DNA from: Butyrivibrio sp.
GTDB lineage: Bacteria > Bacillota > Clostridia > Lachnospirales > Lachnospiraceae
Length of the DNA stretch: 64,000 nt
Direction: 5' to 3'
Assembly: GCF_017635265.1 (NCBI RefSeq)
Contig: NZ_JAGBLU010000100.1
Coordinates: 24,045-88,044 of the forward strand
Made by a program: the position numbers and the translations under genes. Position 1 is the stretch's first letter, and the number at the start of each line of letters is the position of its first letter. The notes below the pieces were generated by a model, which saw nothing but the letters and a program-made list of their open reading frames with translations, did not search any database and was not told the origin of the DNA. Positions 49,348 through 57,603 of the stretch are shown piece after piece.

Positions 49348-50793
49348 ATGAATTATTCTATGATCAGATATATCCTTTTCAGGCTTTTCAGGATAATGGG
49401 TGGACTACTGATGCTGCCGTTTTTTGTGGCAGTCATTTACAAAGAATATGACAGTGCGGAGTCTTTCTTTTTGCTTATTGTGATAATGCTTGTGGTAGGA
49501 ATTGTAGGTTCGCATAAAAAGCCAAAGAGTACTGTGATCTATGCAAAAGAAGGATTTGCAATAACAGCTCTTGCATGGATATTTATGAGTTTGCTTGGTG
49601 CAATTCCCTTTGTAATGACAGGCACTATCCCAAATTACATTGATGCTCTTTTTGAGACTATCTCAGGGTTTACTACTACAGGAGGCAGTATACTGACATC
49701 TGTTGATGGAATGGAGTACAGTGTTCAGTTCTGGAGAACATTTACCCACTGGATTGGGGGAATGGGAGTTCTGGTCTTTCTTATAGCGGTAATGCCGATG
49801 GTTGACGGTTACAGCATGCATCTTATGAGAGCAGAAAGTCCGGGACCGGTCGTAGGTAAGATTGTTCCTAAGGTAAAAGATACAGCCAAAATTCTTTATC
49901 AGATTTATATAGCAATAACAATTCTGGAAATAATATGCCTTATAATCACAGGATTACCGATATATGATGCCGTGACAATTTCTTTTTCAACTGTGGGAAC
50001 CGGTGGATTTTCTATACATGATGCAGGAATCGGCGGATATTCCATAGCAAGTCAGGTTGTTATTATTGTGTTTATGGCTCTTTGCGGTGTGAACTTTACT
50101 GTTTATTATTTCCTTATTAACAGAAAGCCCAAGGAAGCCTTTGCCATAGATGAGGTTAAATACTACTTTGGAACCATGTTTGTTTCTGCAGCACTTATAG
50201 CCATCAATATTTACAGGGCAGGAATATTGACAGACGGTGTACTTTCTTTCCATCATTCACTGTTTGCAGTTGTTTCGGTCATGACAACAACAGGATTCGG
50301 AACTTTAGACTTTGACAAATGGCCTATGTTTTCAAAGATGATGCTTTGTATACTGTCCTTGATTGGAGCATGTGCAGGCTCAACAGGAGGTGGCTTTAAG
50401 TTTTCACGTGCCATTATTGTAATCAGAAATGCGAGAAACGAACTTAACTATCTTGTTCATCCCAAGGCTGTAAAAAGAGTTTATATGGATGGACATGCGG
50501 TTGAAGGAACAACTGTGAAATCTGTTTCGGCTTATCTGGTATTGTATGTTGCCACATTTATATTGTCATGCATTATAGTTGCACTGGATAATTTTGATTT
50601 TCAAACTACAGTTACATCAGTGGCGGCAACTATTAATAATATAGGTCCGGGACTTGGAATGGTGGGACCTATGGGTAATTACTCAGAGTTTTCGAATCTA
50701 TCCAAGCTGGTTTTGATGTTTGATATGTTAGCCGGAAGGCTTGAGCTTTTGCCTATACTCATATTCATAAAGCCCAAAACCTGGAAAAAATGA
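49348..50793 (+). CDS. trkH: Trk potassium uptake permease
   Basis: FETISGFTTTG; WIGGMG; TVGTGGF; MTTTGF; GACAGSTGGG; NNIGPG; GRLE. Confidence 0.93.
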   Translation: MNYSMIRYILFRLFRIMGGLLMLPFFVAVIYKEYDSAESFFLLIVIMLVVGIVGSHKKPKSTVIYAKEGFAITALAWIFMSLLGAIPFVMTGTIPNYIDALFETISGFTTTGGSILTSVDGMEYSVQFWRTFTHWIGGMGVLVFLIAVMPMVDGYSMHLMRAESPGPVVGKIVPKVKDTAKILYQIYIAITILEIICLIITGLPIYDAVTISFSTVGTGGFSIHDAGIGGYSIASQVVIIVFMALCGVNFTVYYFLINRKPKEAFAIDEVKYYFGTMFVSAALIAINIYRAGILTDGVLSFHHSLFAVVSVMTTTGFGTLDFDKWPMFSKMMLCILSLIGACAGSTGGGFKFSRAIIVIRNARNELNYLVHPKAVKRVYMDGHAVEGTTVKSVSAYLVLYVATFILSCIIVALDNFDFQTTVTSVAATINNIGPGLGMVGPMGNYSEFSNLSKLVLMFDMLAGRLELLPILIFIKPKTWKK

Positions 50794-50906
50794 AACAAGT
50801 GAAATAAATATAAAATTTTTATAAACATCCACTTGAAAATTGTGTCCAAAATGTGATAAGCTTTATTTGTATTTGTGAAAAGAATTATCAAGATAGGTGG
50901 GTTTAT

Positions 50907-51428
50907 ATGACAAAAACAAGAAAGACAATGCTTATTGTTCTTGTCGCGTTTCTTTTTGGCATTACAGTACTTGCCGGCTCGATGGTTATGTTTAGTACCG
51001 GCAGTGAGGCCAATGTAGACATCAGCCGTAGCGTTTATGAACACTCTGCTGAAGAAAGAGAGCACGGTGAGCATATCAGGCTGTCACAGAGAGTAACTGT
51101 TAAGACTGATGAGGGAACACTTCCATTTAGCGGAACAATAGCAAAATCGCAGGATGCTTTTTATCCCGGTACTTATAAGATAATATTCAGTAACAACGCA
51201 ATATTGACGGACACAGCAACTGTTGAGGTCAAAATTCAGGCAAAAAAAGGTGAGACAGTATATGTTCTCACAGGTAATAAGGATAGTGGATATTCACAGT
51301 ATGATGAAGTTATAGTGACAGAGCCTGATTGTGTAAGATTTGAGACTAATATTCTTCAGAATTATACACTTTCAACCACAGATATATGCGGAGCCCAAGA
51401 GGCTATGGCAAGTCTTGTTGGAAACTGA
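50907..51428 (+). CDS. Hypothetical membrane-anchored or secreted protein
   Basis: N-terminal hydrophobic helix; AGGTGG RBS; no recognised motif. Confidence 0.65.
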   Translation: MTKTRKTMLIVLVAFLFGITVLAGSMVMFSTGSEANVDISRSVYEHSAEEREHGEHIRLSQRVTVKTDEGTLPFSGTIAKSQDAFYPGTYKIIFSNNAILTDTATVEVKIQAKKGETVYVLTGNKDSGYSQYDEVIVTEPDCVRFETNILQNYTLSTTDICGAQEAMASLVGN

Positions 51429-51435
51429 TCATTAA

Positions 51436-52212
51436 TCATATTCCGTAGATAGCAAGTCGTATTAAGATGAGTGCGATGAGATGAGCGGGGTAAAAGATAT
51501 AGAAAAGATATTTAAGCTTTCCTAAATCTTTGCCTCGTTTTTTATTGTAGAAAAAAAGGAGAATAAAAGCAGGGAAGGATTTGAATTCATTGTTGATTCC
51601 GCAGAGCAGGAAATATGAAGCTAAAAAGCTTACGGATTCAAAGGAATGAAAGAAGTAAAAGATTAGCATTATGCCAATGCCAAATTCGCGATAGTCACAG
51701 TTAATAACATGCGCCGTGTAGGCGCCAACGGCTATGACAAGGGCGCTGGCAGGATAGAATGCAATGCGGGATATCTTTTTATCTGACATAGAAAATTCTT
51801 TTCTGAAAAAGTCTACAGCCCATATTACGAGAAGACCGATAAAAAGAGAAAACATGACATTTGAGCTGTATATGAAATCACCTTCAGTCTTATTGAATGC
51901 CAGATCATAGGGATATTCTGAAATAAGAGCAAAAATAAACAGACTAAGAGCGTATCTTAGTCTGTTTTTTGTATGATAGAATCCCTCTACTAACAGGTAG
52001 GCAAATATAGGAAAAGCGCTTCTTCCTATGAATCTAAACATTTTATAATAAAAGTTTGCCTGTTCATAAGGAAATATGTTTTTCTGAACACCTGCTCCAA
52101 AGGCAGGAAGGATTATGGCTGCTCCGATGTGGTCAATAAACATACAGATACAGGCTATAACTTTCAGTGTATTGCCATTAAGTTTACGATAGGTGTTCAG
52201 ATTAGAATTCAT
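51436..52212 (-). CDS. TraX-family membrane protein (putative acyltransferase)
   Basis: LKVIACICMFIDH; IGRSAFPIFAYLLVEGFYHTKN; ISEYP; NVMFSL; YNKKRG; FYIFYPAHL. Confidence 0.88.
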   Translation of the reverse strand: MNSNLNTYRKLNGNTLKVIACICMFIDHIGAAIILPAFGAGVQKNIFPYEQANFYYKMFRFIGRSAFPIFAYLLVEGFYHTKNRLRYALSLFIFALISEYPYDLAFNKTEGDFIYSSNVMFSLFIGLLVIWAVDFFRKEFSMSDKKISRIAFYPASALVIAVGAYTAHVINCDYREFGIGIMLIFYFFHSFESVSFLASYFLLCGINNEFKSFPAFILLFFYNKKRGKDLGKLKYLFYIFYPAHLIALILIRLAIYGI

Positions 52213-52221
52213 AACTTTTGT

Positions 52222-53382
52222 TTATTCAAAAATAATATTTTCCCATGTGTCTGACGGAACGAGAGCGATATATGTTTTACCTGTGTTTATTTCAAGCTCC
52301 TCGCCGTTTTCATCGTAGTATCTTGTAACATCGGTCTCACTTGTCTTAACCCAGGTAACGTCCTTGGCAACACCATTTGTAAGATACCATGCATATTTAC
52401 CGGAATCGATGCAGTTGTAAATGAGGTATCCGTTGTCATCAAGCTGAACGAAATCGCAATTCTGAAGAATTACATTCTTAAATGCAAGTACTTCGCCGTC
52501 CTCGGCATCTTCATGTGTCTCACCATATTCTGAATACTCATAAAGACCTGTCTCAGGGTTGTAAGTAAGTGTTGATCCGTTGTGCCAGAAAGGAAGTGAA
52601 ACTTTATTGGCTGCATAATATCTTGAATATTTTTCATCAAGATTTATCTGTTCGCCGTAAGTGACAAAATTAAAATGCTCACCTTCGTTGGCATATTCAT
52701 TATATGTTGTTTCGTATCCGGCTGTGCCTTCGTAGTCCGAGAAGTTATTTTCAAGATCGCCGTTTATAATGTATTCTGTGAACTCTTTTGACTTGCCGTT
52801 GTTTACTCGTGAAAAAGTTCCGGAGAAATGAGCTGACCAGGGCTGTGAGAAGTATTGGTCGTTGTAATACGGACCACCATCGTGACAGAGAACAGCGTTC
52901 CACTCTGAAGCAAGCATAATGTTTGTGGGGCGGGTACTTCTGATGCTGCCAAGCTGTTCAATATTGCCCCAATCCTTGACAAGGCACATTAGTCTTGTGA
53001 TGCGGTCATTGGCAGTGCTGTTCATGAGCTCGTATACTACGTCTGCTTCAGCTGTACCGTAGTGTGGAAGAGCGGTTTTTTCATTGTCTACCATTGCTGC
53101 AATAGGGCGCTGGTCTTTGATATCTTCGCTTATTGGTTCTCCGGTAAGTTCGCTGAAGTACATACCTTCAGGAAGTACGTAGGGCTCATCGGAATCAGCA
53201 GCTTCCTCTAATACTGTTGATCCGGTAGTTGAATCGCTTTTACTTACCTCTTCGACAGATAATGCACCTGAGGAGTTATTGTCTGAGCCGGAGCCTGTTG
53301 AAGAACAAGCGGCCACTGAAATAACTGTAACGGCACACATAATAGAGGCAATAGCTTTTTTGGCATATCTATTAATGTACAT
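52222..53382 (-). CDS. DUF3048-family lipoprotein
   Basis: Lipobox VAAC; SELTGE; RPIAAMVDN; ADVVYE; ITRL; GSIRSTR; LEINTGKTYI. Confidence 0.82.
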   Translation of the reverse strand: MYINRYAKKAIASIMCAVTVISVAACSSTGSGSDNNSSGALSVEEVSKSDSTTGSTVLEEAADSDEPYVLPEGMYFSELTGEPISEDIKDQRPIAAMVDNEKTALPHYGTAEADVVYELMNSTANDRITRLMCLVKDWGNIEQLGSIRSTRPTNIMLASEWNAVLCHDGGPYYNDQYFSQPWSAHFSGTFSRVNNGKSKEFTEYIINGDLENNFSDYEGTAGYETTYNEYANEGEHFNFVTYGEQINLDEKYSRYYAANKVSLPFWHNGSTLTYNPETGLYEYSEYGETHEDAEDGEVLAFKNVILQNCDFVQLDDNGYLIYNCIDSGKYAWYLTNGVAKDVTWVKTSETDVTRYYDENGEELEINTGKTYIALVPSDTWENIIFE

Positions 53383-53517
53383 TTCCAAAGTCTCCTTAAA
53401 TTAAAGTCAATCTATATTGTACCAAATATGGATTCTTTTTTCCAATATTAAAGTAAGTTTACTATTGTCTTATGAAAACCAAAATTATGATATACTGATA
53501 AAAGCGAGGTGAGACAG

Positions 53518-55122
53518 ATGAAGCTTATGTTTATTGGTGCCGACCATGAAGTAACGGGAAGCTGTCACTACATAGAAGCAGCCGGAAAAAGAATTTTGGT
53601 TGATTATGGAATGGAACAGGGGAAGGACTACTTTGAAAATGTTCCGCTTCCCGTTAGTGCTCCTGAAATTGATTATATTTTTCTTACCCATGCCCATGTA
53701 GATCATTCCGGAAATCTTCCGCTTCTTTATGCAAAGGGATTTCGCGGCAAGATATTTGCAACAGTTGCGACCACCTCTTTGTGCGATATAATGCTCAGAG
53801 ATTGCGCTCATATACAGATGCAGGAAGCTGAGTGGAGAAATCGCAAGGCCAAAAGAAGTAAAGATGTAGCTCAGATGGAGCCGGCATATACCATGGAAGA
53901 TGCGGAAAAGACCATAAAGAGCTTTATTCCATGCAGATACGGGGAAGAGGTTAAAGTTTGTGAAGGTGTAACCATAAGATTCACAGACATCGGACACCTC
54001 CTTGGCTCAGCAAGTATTGAAGTTTGGTTACAGGAAAAAAATGTGGCTAAAAAGATTGTCTTTTCAGGCGATATAGGCAATAAAGACCAACCGCTTATAA
54101 GGGATCCGCAAAAGACTGATTCTGCTGATTATGTAGTCATGGAATCCACCTATGGTGACAGATTGCATTCAAGCAGCAGACCGGATTATATAAAAGAACT
54201 TACTGCTATACTTGAGAGGACTTTTGCCCGTGGAGGAAATGTTGTTATTCCGTCTTTTGCAGTTGGAAGAACTCAGGAAATGCTGTACTTTATCAGAAAG
54301 ATAAAGAAGGACGGACTTGTCAAGAATAAGCCTGATTTTAAGGTCTATGTTGACAGTCCGCTTGCTGTAGAAGCGACTGAGATATTTAATGACAATCAGA
54401 TGGAATGTTATGATGAAGAGGCTATGGAGCTGGTAAAAAAGAGAATTAATCCAATTTCTTTTCCGGGGCTTAACCTTGCAATCACAACTGAAGAGTCAAG
54501 GGCTATAAATGAAAATCCCGAGCCCAAGGTTATAATATCGGCTTCCGGAATGTGCGAGGCAGGAAGAATAAGGCATCATCTTAAGCACAATCTCTGGAGG
54601 CAGGAGAGCACTATTTTGTTTGTTGGATATCAGTCCGTCGGAACAACGGGACGCGCAATCATCGATGGGGCGGAGCAGATAAAATTATTTGGTGAAACCA
54701 TTGATGTTAAGGCTGAAATATGCAAGCTTGAAGGATTGTCAGGTCATGCCGATAAAAACGGGCTTGCAGATTGGATTGGCGGCTTTACAGGGCAAAGACC
54801 TAAGAAGGTATTTGTGGTTCACGGAGAAGACAGCGTATGCACTTCCTTTGCTGAATTTCTGAAAAAAGAGCAGGGACTTGATGCCTACGCTCCGTATAGC
54901 GGAACGGAAGTTGATCTGATTTCCGGAGTTATTACAAGAGAAGGGGTTCCGATTCCGGTAAAGAGAAAAGAGTCTACACTTGTTTCGGATGTCTATGCAA
55001 GGCTTAAGGCTGCCGGAGCCAGACTTATGGGTATAATAGCAAAGAGCGAGGGGATGACCAATAAAGATAAGGCAAAATTTGCCGATCAGATAAATTCACT
55101 TTGTGATAAGTGGAGTAAATAA
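53518..55122 (+). CDS. Metallo-beta-lactamase / beta-CASP ribonuclease (CPSF/Ysh1-like)
   Basis: GADHEVTGSC; LTHAHVDHSG; GHLLGSA; FSGDIG; MESTYG; FAVGRTQE; ASGMCEAGRIRHH; SGHAD; VHGE. Confidence 0.93.
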   Translation: MKLMFIGADHEVTGSCHYIEAAGKRILVDYGMEQGKDYFENVPLPVSAPEIDYIFLTHAHVDHSGNLPLLYAKGFRGKIFATVATTSLCDIMLRDCAHIQMQEAEWRNRKAKRSKDVAQMEPAYTMEDAEKTIKSFIPCRYGEEVKVCEGVTIRFTDIGHLLGSASIEVWLQEKNVAKKIVFSGDIGNKDQPLIRDPQKTDSADYVVMESTYGDRLHSSSRPDYIKELTAILERTFARGGNVVIPSFAVGRTQEMLYFIRKIKKDGLVKNKPDFKVYVDSPLAVEATEIFNDNQMECYDEEAMELVKKRINPISFPGLNLAITTEESRAINENPEPKVIISASGMCEAGRIRHHLKHNLWRQESTILFVGYQSVGTTGRAIIDGAEQIKLFGETIDVKAEICKLEGLSGHADKNGLADWIGGFTGQRPKKVFVVHGEDSVCTSFAEFLKKEQGLDAYAPYSGTEVDLISGVITREGVPIPVKRKESTLVSDVYARLKAAGARLMGIIAKSEGMTNKDKAKFADQINSLCDKWSK

Positions 55123-55140
55123 AAGAAAGAGGATGACGGT

Positions 55141-55992
55141 ATGAGCAGAGCAGATGAAATCTTTATAAATATGTGTAAAGATATTTTGGAAAACGGTACT
55201 TCAACAGAGGGAGAAAAGGTAAGGCCTCACTGGCCTGACGGAACACCTGCCTACACCATCAAAAAATTCGGTGTTGTAAACAGGTATGATCTTTCTAAGG
55301 AATTTCCCATTATGACACTTAGAAAGACTGCCCTTAAGAGTGCTACTGATGAAGTTTTGTGGATATATCAGAAAAAGAGCAATAACATTCATGATCTTAA
55401 CAGCCACATTTGGGATGAGTGGGCCGATGAGACAGGTTCTATAGGTAAGGCCTATGGCTATCAGATCGGTCAAAAGAGCATATATAAAGAGGGTGAATTT
55501 GATCAGATGGACAGGGTTATCTATGATCTTAAAAACAACCCGTTCAGCAGAAGAATTATGACTAACACCTATGTTTTTTCCGACCTGCATGAGATGAATC
55601 TTTATCCATGCGCATATAGTGTTACTTACAATGTGACACAGAAAAAAGGCGAGGATCGATTGACGTTGAATGCTGTACTTAATCAGAGGTCTCAGGATGT
55701 ACTTGCTGCCAATAACTGGAATGTTGTTCAGTATGCAGTACTTGTGCATATGCTTGCGCAGGTTTGCGATATGAATGTAGGTGAGCTGGTGCATGTTATT
55801 GCAGATGCTCATATTTATGATCGCCACGTTCCGCTTATTAAAGAGCTTATTGAAAGAAAACCTCTTCCTGCTCCTAAGTTTACCCTTAACCCTGATGTAA
55901 AAGACTTCTATCAGTTTACCCGCAATGATGTTTCTTTAGAAGGATATGAGGTTTCAGGAGAGCAGTTTAAGGACATACCCATTGCGATTTGA
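55141..55992 (+). CDS. thyA: Thymidylate synthase
   Basis: IWDEWAD; IGKAYGYQ; SRRI; LYPCAY; QRSQD; DAHIYDRH. Confidence 0.96.
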   Translation: MSRADEIFINMCKDILENGTSTEGEKVRPHWPDGTPAYTIKKFGVVNRYDLSKEFPIMTLRKTALKSATDEVLWIYQKKSNNIHDLNSHIWDEWADETGSIGKAYGYQIGQKSIYKEGEFDQMDRVIYDLKNNPFSRRIMTNTYVFSDLHEMNLYPCAYSVTYNVTQKKGEDRLTLNAVLNQRSQDVLAANNWNVVQYAVLVHMLAQVCDMNVGELVHVIADAHIYDRHVPLIKELIERKPLPAPKFTLNPDVKDFYQFTRNDVSLEGYEVSGEQFKDIPIAI

Positions 55993-56013
55993 GCAATCCG
56001 TATATCGCTCAAA
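55988..56013 (+). repeat. Collapsed remnant of the 19.65-kb structured element
   Basis: GAGCAATCCGTATATCGCTCA (55991-56011) is identical to 19954-19974. Confidence 0.7.
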
Positions 56014-56040
56014 AACATTTAACACACATCAGGAGGATAC

Positions 56041-56535
56041 ATGAAAGCAATAGTAGCAGTAGACAGTAATTGGGCAATAGGAAATAAAGGAAAGCTTCTT
56101 GTGAGCATACCTGCAGATCAGAAGAATTTCAGAAATCTTACAAAAGGAAATATCATTGTTTACGGAAGAAAGACGCTTGAAACTTTTCCGGGACAGGTAG
56201 TTCTTCCAAGCAGAAGAAATATAATTCTTTCCACCAGGGAGGATTATGAAGTCAAAAATGCTGAAGTTGTACATAGTAAAGATGAACTCCTTGACCTTGT
56301 AAAAAATGAAGATACGGATAATGTATTTATCATCGGAGGATCAAGTGTATATAACGAGTTTATCGATGAATGCGATACAGCTATAGTTACCTTTATCGAC
56401 AAGGAATATCAGGCAGATTCTTATTTTCCAAACCTTGATAAGGCTCCAGATTGGGAACTTGTTGATGAGAGTGATGAACAGGTTTATTTTGACATAACAT
56501 ATACATATAGAACTTATAAAAGGAAAAACAGCTAA
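56041..56535 (+). CDS. folA: Dihydrofolate reductase
   Basis: AIVAVDSNWAIG; IPADQKNF; YGRKT; LPSRRNIILS; FIIGG; ADSYFP. Directly downstream of thyA. Confidence 0.95.
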   Translation: MKAIVAVDSNWAIGNKGKLLVSIPADQKNFRNLTKGNIIVYGRKTLETFPGQVVLPSRRNIILSTREDYEVKNAEVVHSKDELLDLVKNEDTDNVFIIGGSSVYNEFIDECDTAIVTFIDKEYQADSYFPNLDKAPDWELVDESDEQVYFDITYTYRTYKRKNS

Positions 56536-56611
56536 GGAACTGCCATGAAATAACTTGAGAATATTGTACATATTCAAAAAATAAGCAAATATCATTTCAT
56601 TACAGCTCCTA

Positions 56612-57538
56612 ATGCCCGGTATTGAGAATATGTGTAAAAAGAGAGCACTGGTTTTAATTAATAAGACATCAGGAACAGGGAAAGCCGGAAACGAAACGCT
56701 TGATATAGCTACAAAGCTGGCGCTAGCCGGATACGAACCTGTTGTTTATCCGATTCTTCCGGAAAGCAACCTGACTTCAGAAGAAATCATTCCGAAGTAT
56801 GACGGCACTTTAGACCTGATTTTATGTAGCGGCGGTGACGGAACGCTTAATCATGTCATGAATGAGATAATGAAGCTGGAAAAAAAGCCCATCCTTTCAT
56901 ATGTGCCATCCGGAAGTACCAACGATTTTGCCAAAGGTCTGGGAATCCCTTCATTAAAGGCAAAAGCTATAGAAGTTGCGACTTTGGGAGAACCATATAC
57001 ATATGATGTCGGAAAAATGAATGACAGGTACTTTAACTATGTTGCTGCCTTTGGAGCATTTTCCAAAGTCAGTTATGCAACTGACCAGGAACTAAAAAAT
57101 GTTCTAGGTTATGCGGCTTATGTTTTAAGTGCTATTGCAGAGCTTCCGCAGAATATAGGATATAGCTGTCACATGAAAATAGAGGCCGATGATCTTGTGG
57201 AAGAAGGTGATTTTCTTTTTGGAGCTGTAAGTAATTCTGCATCAGTTGCCGGAATGACTCTTTTAGCGGATGAAGATATCAAGCAGGATGATGGACTGAT
57301 GGAACTTTTACTGATCAAAGCTCCTAAAAATCTGGCGGAATTTAATGCGGTTATATCAGCCCTTGCGACAAAAGAGCCAGACAATCCCTATATCATTTAC
57401 AAGCAGGTAAAAAAAGCGAAGTTCATCTCCGATACTGATACAGAGTGGACTTTGGACGGTGAATTCGGTGGCGCTCATAGAGTGACAGATATAGAAGTGA
57501 TCAATAAGGCAATTACTATTTTGGTTGGAAAAAAATAG
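56612..57538 (+). CDS. YegS/BmrU-family diacylglycerol/lipid kinase
   Basis: GGDGTLNHV; PSGSTNDFA; DDGLME; LDGE. Alternative start at 56630. Confidence 0.9.
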   Translation: MPGIENMCKKRALVLINKTSGTGKAGNETLDIATKLALAGYEPVVYPILPESNLTSEEIIPKYDGTLDLILCSGGDGTLNHVMNEIMKLEKKPILSYVPSGSTNDFAKGLGIPSLKAKAIEVATLGEPYTYDVGKMNDRYFNYVAAFGAFSKVSYATDQELKNVLGYAAYVLSAIAELPQNIGYSCHMKIEADDLVEEGDFLFGAVSNSASVAGMTLLADEDIKQDDGLMELLLIKAPKNLAEFNAVISALATKEPDNPYIIYKQVKKAKFISDTDTEWTLDGEFGGAHRVTDIEVINKAITILVGKK

Positions 57539-57568
57539 TATTGACGAAAACGTTTAAGTAAGTCAATA
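57539..57568. promoter_or_regulatory. Possible LacI/CcpA-type operator upstream of GH3
   Basis: GAAAACGTTTAA core with a central CG, flanked by the inverted repeat TATTGAC/GTCAATA. Confidence 0.4.
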
Positions 57569-57603
57569 TCTATAGTAAATAGTTTTTTGATTGAGGTTAT
57601 TTT

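Noticed and set aside
51436-52212. TraX as evidence of a conjugative element
   Set aside because: Stand-alone TraX-family genes are common on Firmicute chromosomes, and no relaxase, T4SS or integrase is nearby.
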